A DNA stretch of 64,000 nt, from the NCBI GenBank assembly GCA_977020255.1, contig CDROCS010000506.1, forward strand, positions 868,001 to 932,000, read 5' to 3'. Positions within the stretch are counted from its first letter, which is position 1, and every line of letters starts with the position of its first letter. The notes beneath the pieces are model-generated. The model had not been told where the DNA came from, made no database searches, and saw only the letters and a program-made list of their open reading frames with translations. Source of the DNA: Obrimoposthia wandeli. Its lineage: Eukaryota. This document shows positions 62,455-64,000 of the stretch, piece by piece. The position numbers were made by a program, and so were the translations under genes.

Positions 62455-62542
62455 ATATCCTGCCATCACAACTTTCGTTGCTAATACAGGTTGCTAATTT
62501 TACATCTTAGCGAGATATACTATTGCTAGTATTAGTAATAAT

Positions 62543-62628
62543 TGGTGCCCGAGGCCGGAATTGAACCGGCACGCCTATTAAGCGAGGGATTTTAAATCCC
62601 TTGTGTCTACCGATTTCACCACTCGGGC
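62543..62628 (-). tRNA. tRNA-Leu(UAA)
   Basis: Identical copy. Confidence 0.95.
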
Positions 62629-62698
62629 ACTGAATTCTTTGTAAAGTTTATCCGTTCCAGTGCAGAACCAACAAACTTGCTCTTTCAAGCTTTAATCA

Positions 62699-62772
62699 TG
62701 GAGGCGGGTCCCGAAGTCGAATCGAGGTCCACGGATTTGCAATCCGCTGCATAGCCACTCTGCCAACCCGCC
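62699..62772 (-). tRNA. tRNA-Cys(GCA)
   Basis: Identical copy. Confidence 0.95.
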
Positions 62773-62824
62773 AAATTTTATTTCTACATCTATATATTTA
62801 ACGTTATATCTAACAAAAAGAAAT

Positions 62825-62910
62825 TGGTGCCCGAGGCCGGAATTGAACCGGCACGCCTATTAAGCGAGGGATTTTAAATCCCTTGTGTCTACCGATTTCA
62901 CCACTCGGGC
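62825..62910 (-). tRNA. tRNA-Leu(UAA), first in the array
   Basis: Identical copy. Confidence 0.95.
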
Positions 62911-62978
62911 ACAGAATTCTTTTTACATAAGATCTAAGCTGTTTTAATTAAACTGCTTTAGCCCCTATGTGCTGACGC

Positions 62979-63006
62979 ATTCTACAGACCTAAAAAGCAG
63001 AGTCAA
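62979..63006 (-). promoter_or_regulatory. Promoter of the tRNA array
   Basis: TTGACT-N16-TAGAAT followed by GC-rich GCGTCAGC. Confidence 0.8.
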
Positions 63007-63138
63007 CATCCTTTTAATCCCATTGATTAAAACGTTTACGTTTCGACCTAAACAGTTTGTTTTTTAGCTAAAAGGGATTAAATATCACCGTAATAACGAG
63101 ACCTTATCAAAATAGCATCTCGTTATTAAAAATGAAAT

Positions 63139-63717
63139 TTAGTCTTCGCTAGTTAACTCGCCCCATGCCGCTGCAAAGTACTGCACCATAGAAATAACCG
63201 TTAATACCATCGCGGCATAAAAAACGAGATAAGCAAGGTAAACCATCCAAGGGCCTTGTTGCCAAATGAAGCCACCGAGTGCCATCATTTGCAAACTGGT
63301 TTTCCACTTACCGGCATTACCAACCGCAACGTCAGCGCGCTTACCAAGATCAGCCATCCATTCACGTAAACCTGAAATAGCTAATTCGCGACCAATCATA
63401 ATCAGAGTTGGGATCATGATCCATAATGCGCTGTGCTCACCAACAGTGGCAACGATACGGTCGTGATCACCAGCAACCATGACTAACGCCGTGATCACCA
63501 TGATTTTATCTGCAACAGGATCGAGGAATGCGCCAAGCTTACTTGATACATCCCAACGTCTTGCTAAATAACCATCAAGGTAATCGGTTACGCCAGCAAT
63601 AAAGAAGATCCAAGCGGCAATATAAAACGAATTTTCAATTGGTAAATAAAACGCGAGAACAAAAAAAGGAATTAAAATCACGCGAAACAAAGTTAAAATA
63701 TTGGGTATGTTTTTCAT
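63139..63717 (-). CDS. pgsA: Phosphatidylglycerophosphate synthase
   Basis: Start at ATG 63717 (MKNIPNILTLFR); DYLDGYLARR..S.LGAFLDPVADK motif. Confidence 0.95.
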   Translation of the reverse strand: MKNIPNILTLFRVILIPFFVLAFYLPIENSFYIAAWIFFIAGVTDYLDGYLARRWDVSSKLGAFLDPVADKIMVITALVMVAGDHDRIVATVGEHSALWIMIPTLIMIGRELAISGLREWMADLGKRADVAVGNAGKWKTSLQMMALGGFIWQQGPWMVYLAYLVFYAAMVLTVISMVQYFAAAWGELTSED

Positions 63718-63766
63718 TATTCTCATGCTTTTTAAATTAAATCCCCTATATAGTCCTATATCTTGC

Positions 63767-64000
63767 TTATTGATGCAACGAATCATAAATTTTTTCTGCC
63801 AAATCAATACTGATACCTGGTACTTTTGCAATTTCTTCACGACTTGCGCGACCTAATTGCTGTAATCCACCCATAAACTGCAATAATACTTGGCGACGTT
63901 TAGGACCAACCCCTGGAATGCCTTCCAAAGAACTCGTCCGTTTCACTTTATTACGACGAGCCCGATGCCCGGTAATGGCAAAGCGGTGAGACTCATCACG
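63767..64000 (-). CDS. uvrC: Excinuclease ABC subunit C, 3' end
   Basis: [13 protein letters not shown]...[16 protein letters not shown] (HhH2); upstream of pgsA as usual. Confidence 0.93.
   Translation of the reverse strand, partial: RDESHRFAITGHRARRNKVKRTSSLEGIPGVGPKRRQVLLQFMGGLQQLGRASREEIAKVPGISIDLAEKIYDSLHQ

Noticed and set aside
61908-62910. Regular repeats that could be mistaken for a CRISPR array
   Set aside because: The repeats are complete tRNA genes with near-identical spacers; no cas genes
193-63466. Many 60-190 aa ORFs antisense to or overlapping established genes (e.g. 39715-40278, 45528-46064, 46355-46876)
   Set aside because: Shadow frames of real genes; no SD or recognisable motifs

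Overview
AT-rich marine gammaproteobacterial chromosome segment of Vibrionales/Alteromonadales type. Gene content and style suggest a psychrophile such as Moritella; this is inference only. Left to right: aap general amino-acid ABC transporter; a decaying tract (SDR and LysR with eroded 3' ends, plus an unannotated type IV pilin relic); anaerobic glycerol-3-P dehydrogenase glpABC; a candidate two-peptide micro-operon; a cold/ribosome cluster (dbpA, csp, rhlE, stand-alone EF-G, roxA); the ccmA-I operon; a contiguous polar flagellar/chemotaxis cluster (cheW to flrA) with recognisable sigma54 promoters; a yajC-less secDF paralog preceded by a secreted VemP-like arrest-peptide gene with an SD-masking hairpin; an amplified tRNA-Leu(UAA)/tRNA-Cys(GCA) array; pgsA; and the 3' end of uvrC. 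Best leads: the VemP-like/secDF2 module with an unusually long spacer, the micro-operon at 10.75-11.06 kb, and the A53:U61 T-stem pair in all three tRNA-Cys copies. No IS, integrase, CRISPR or rRNA was recognised.
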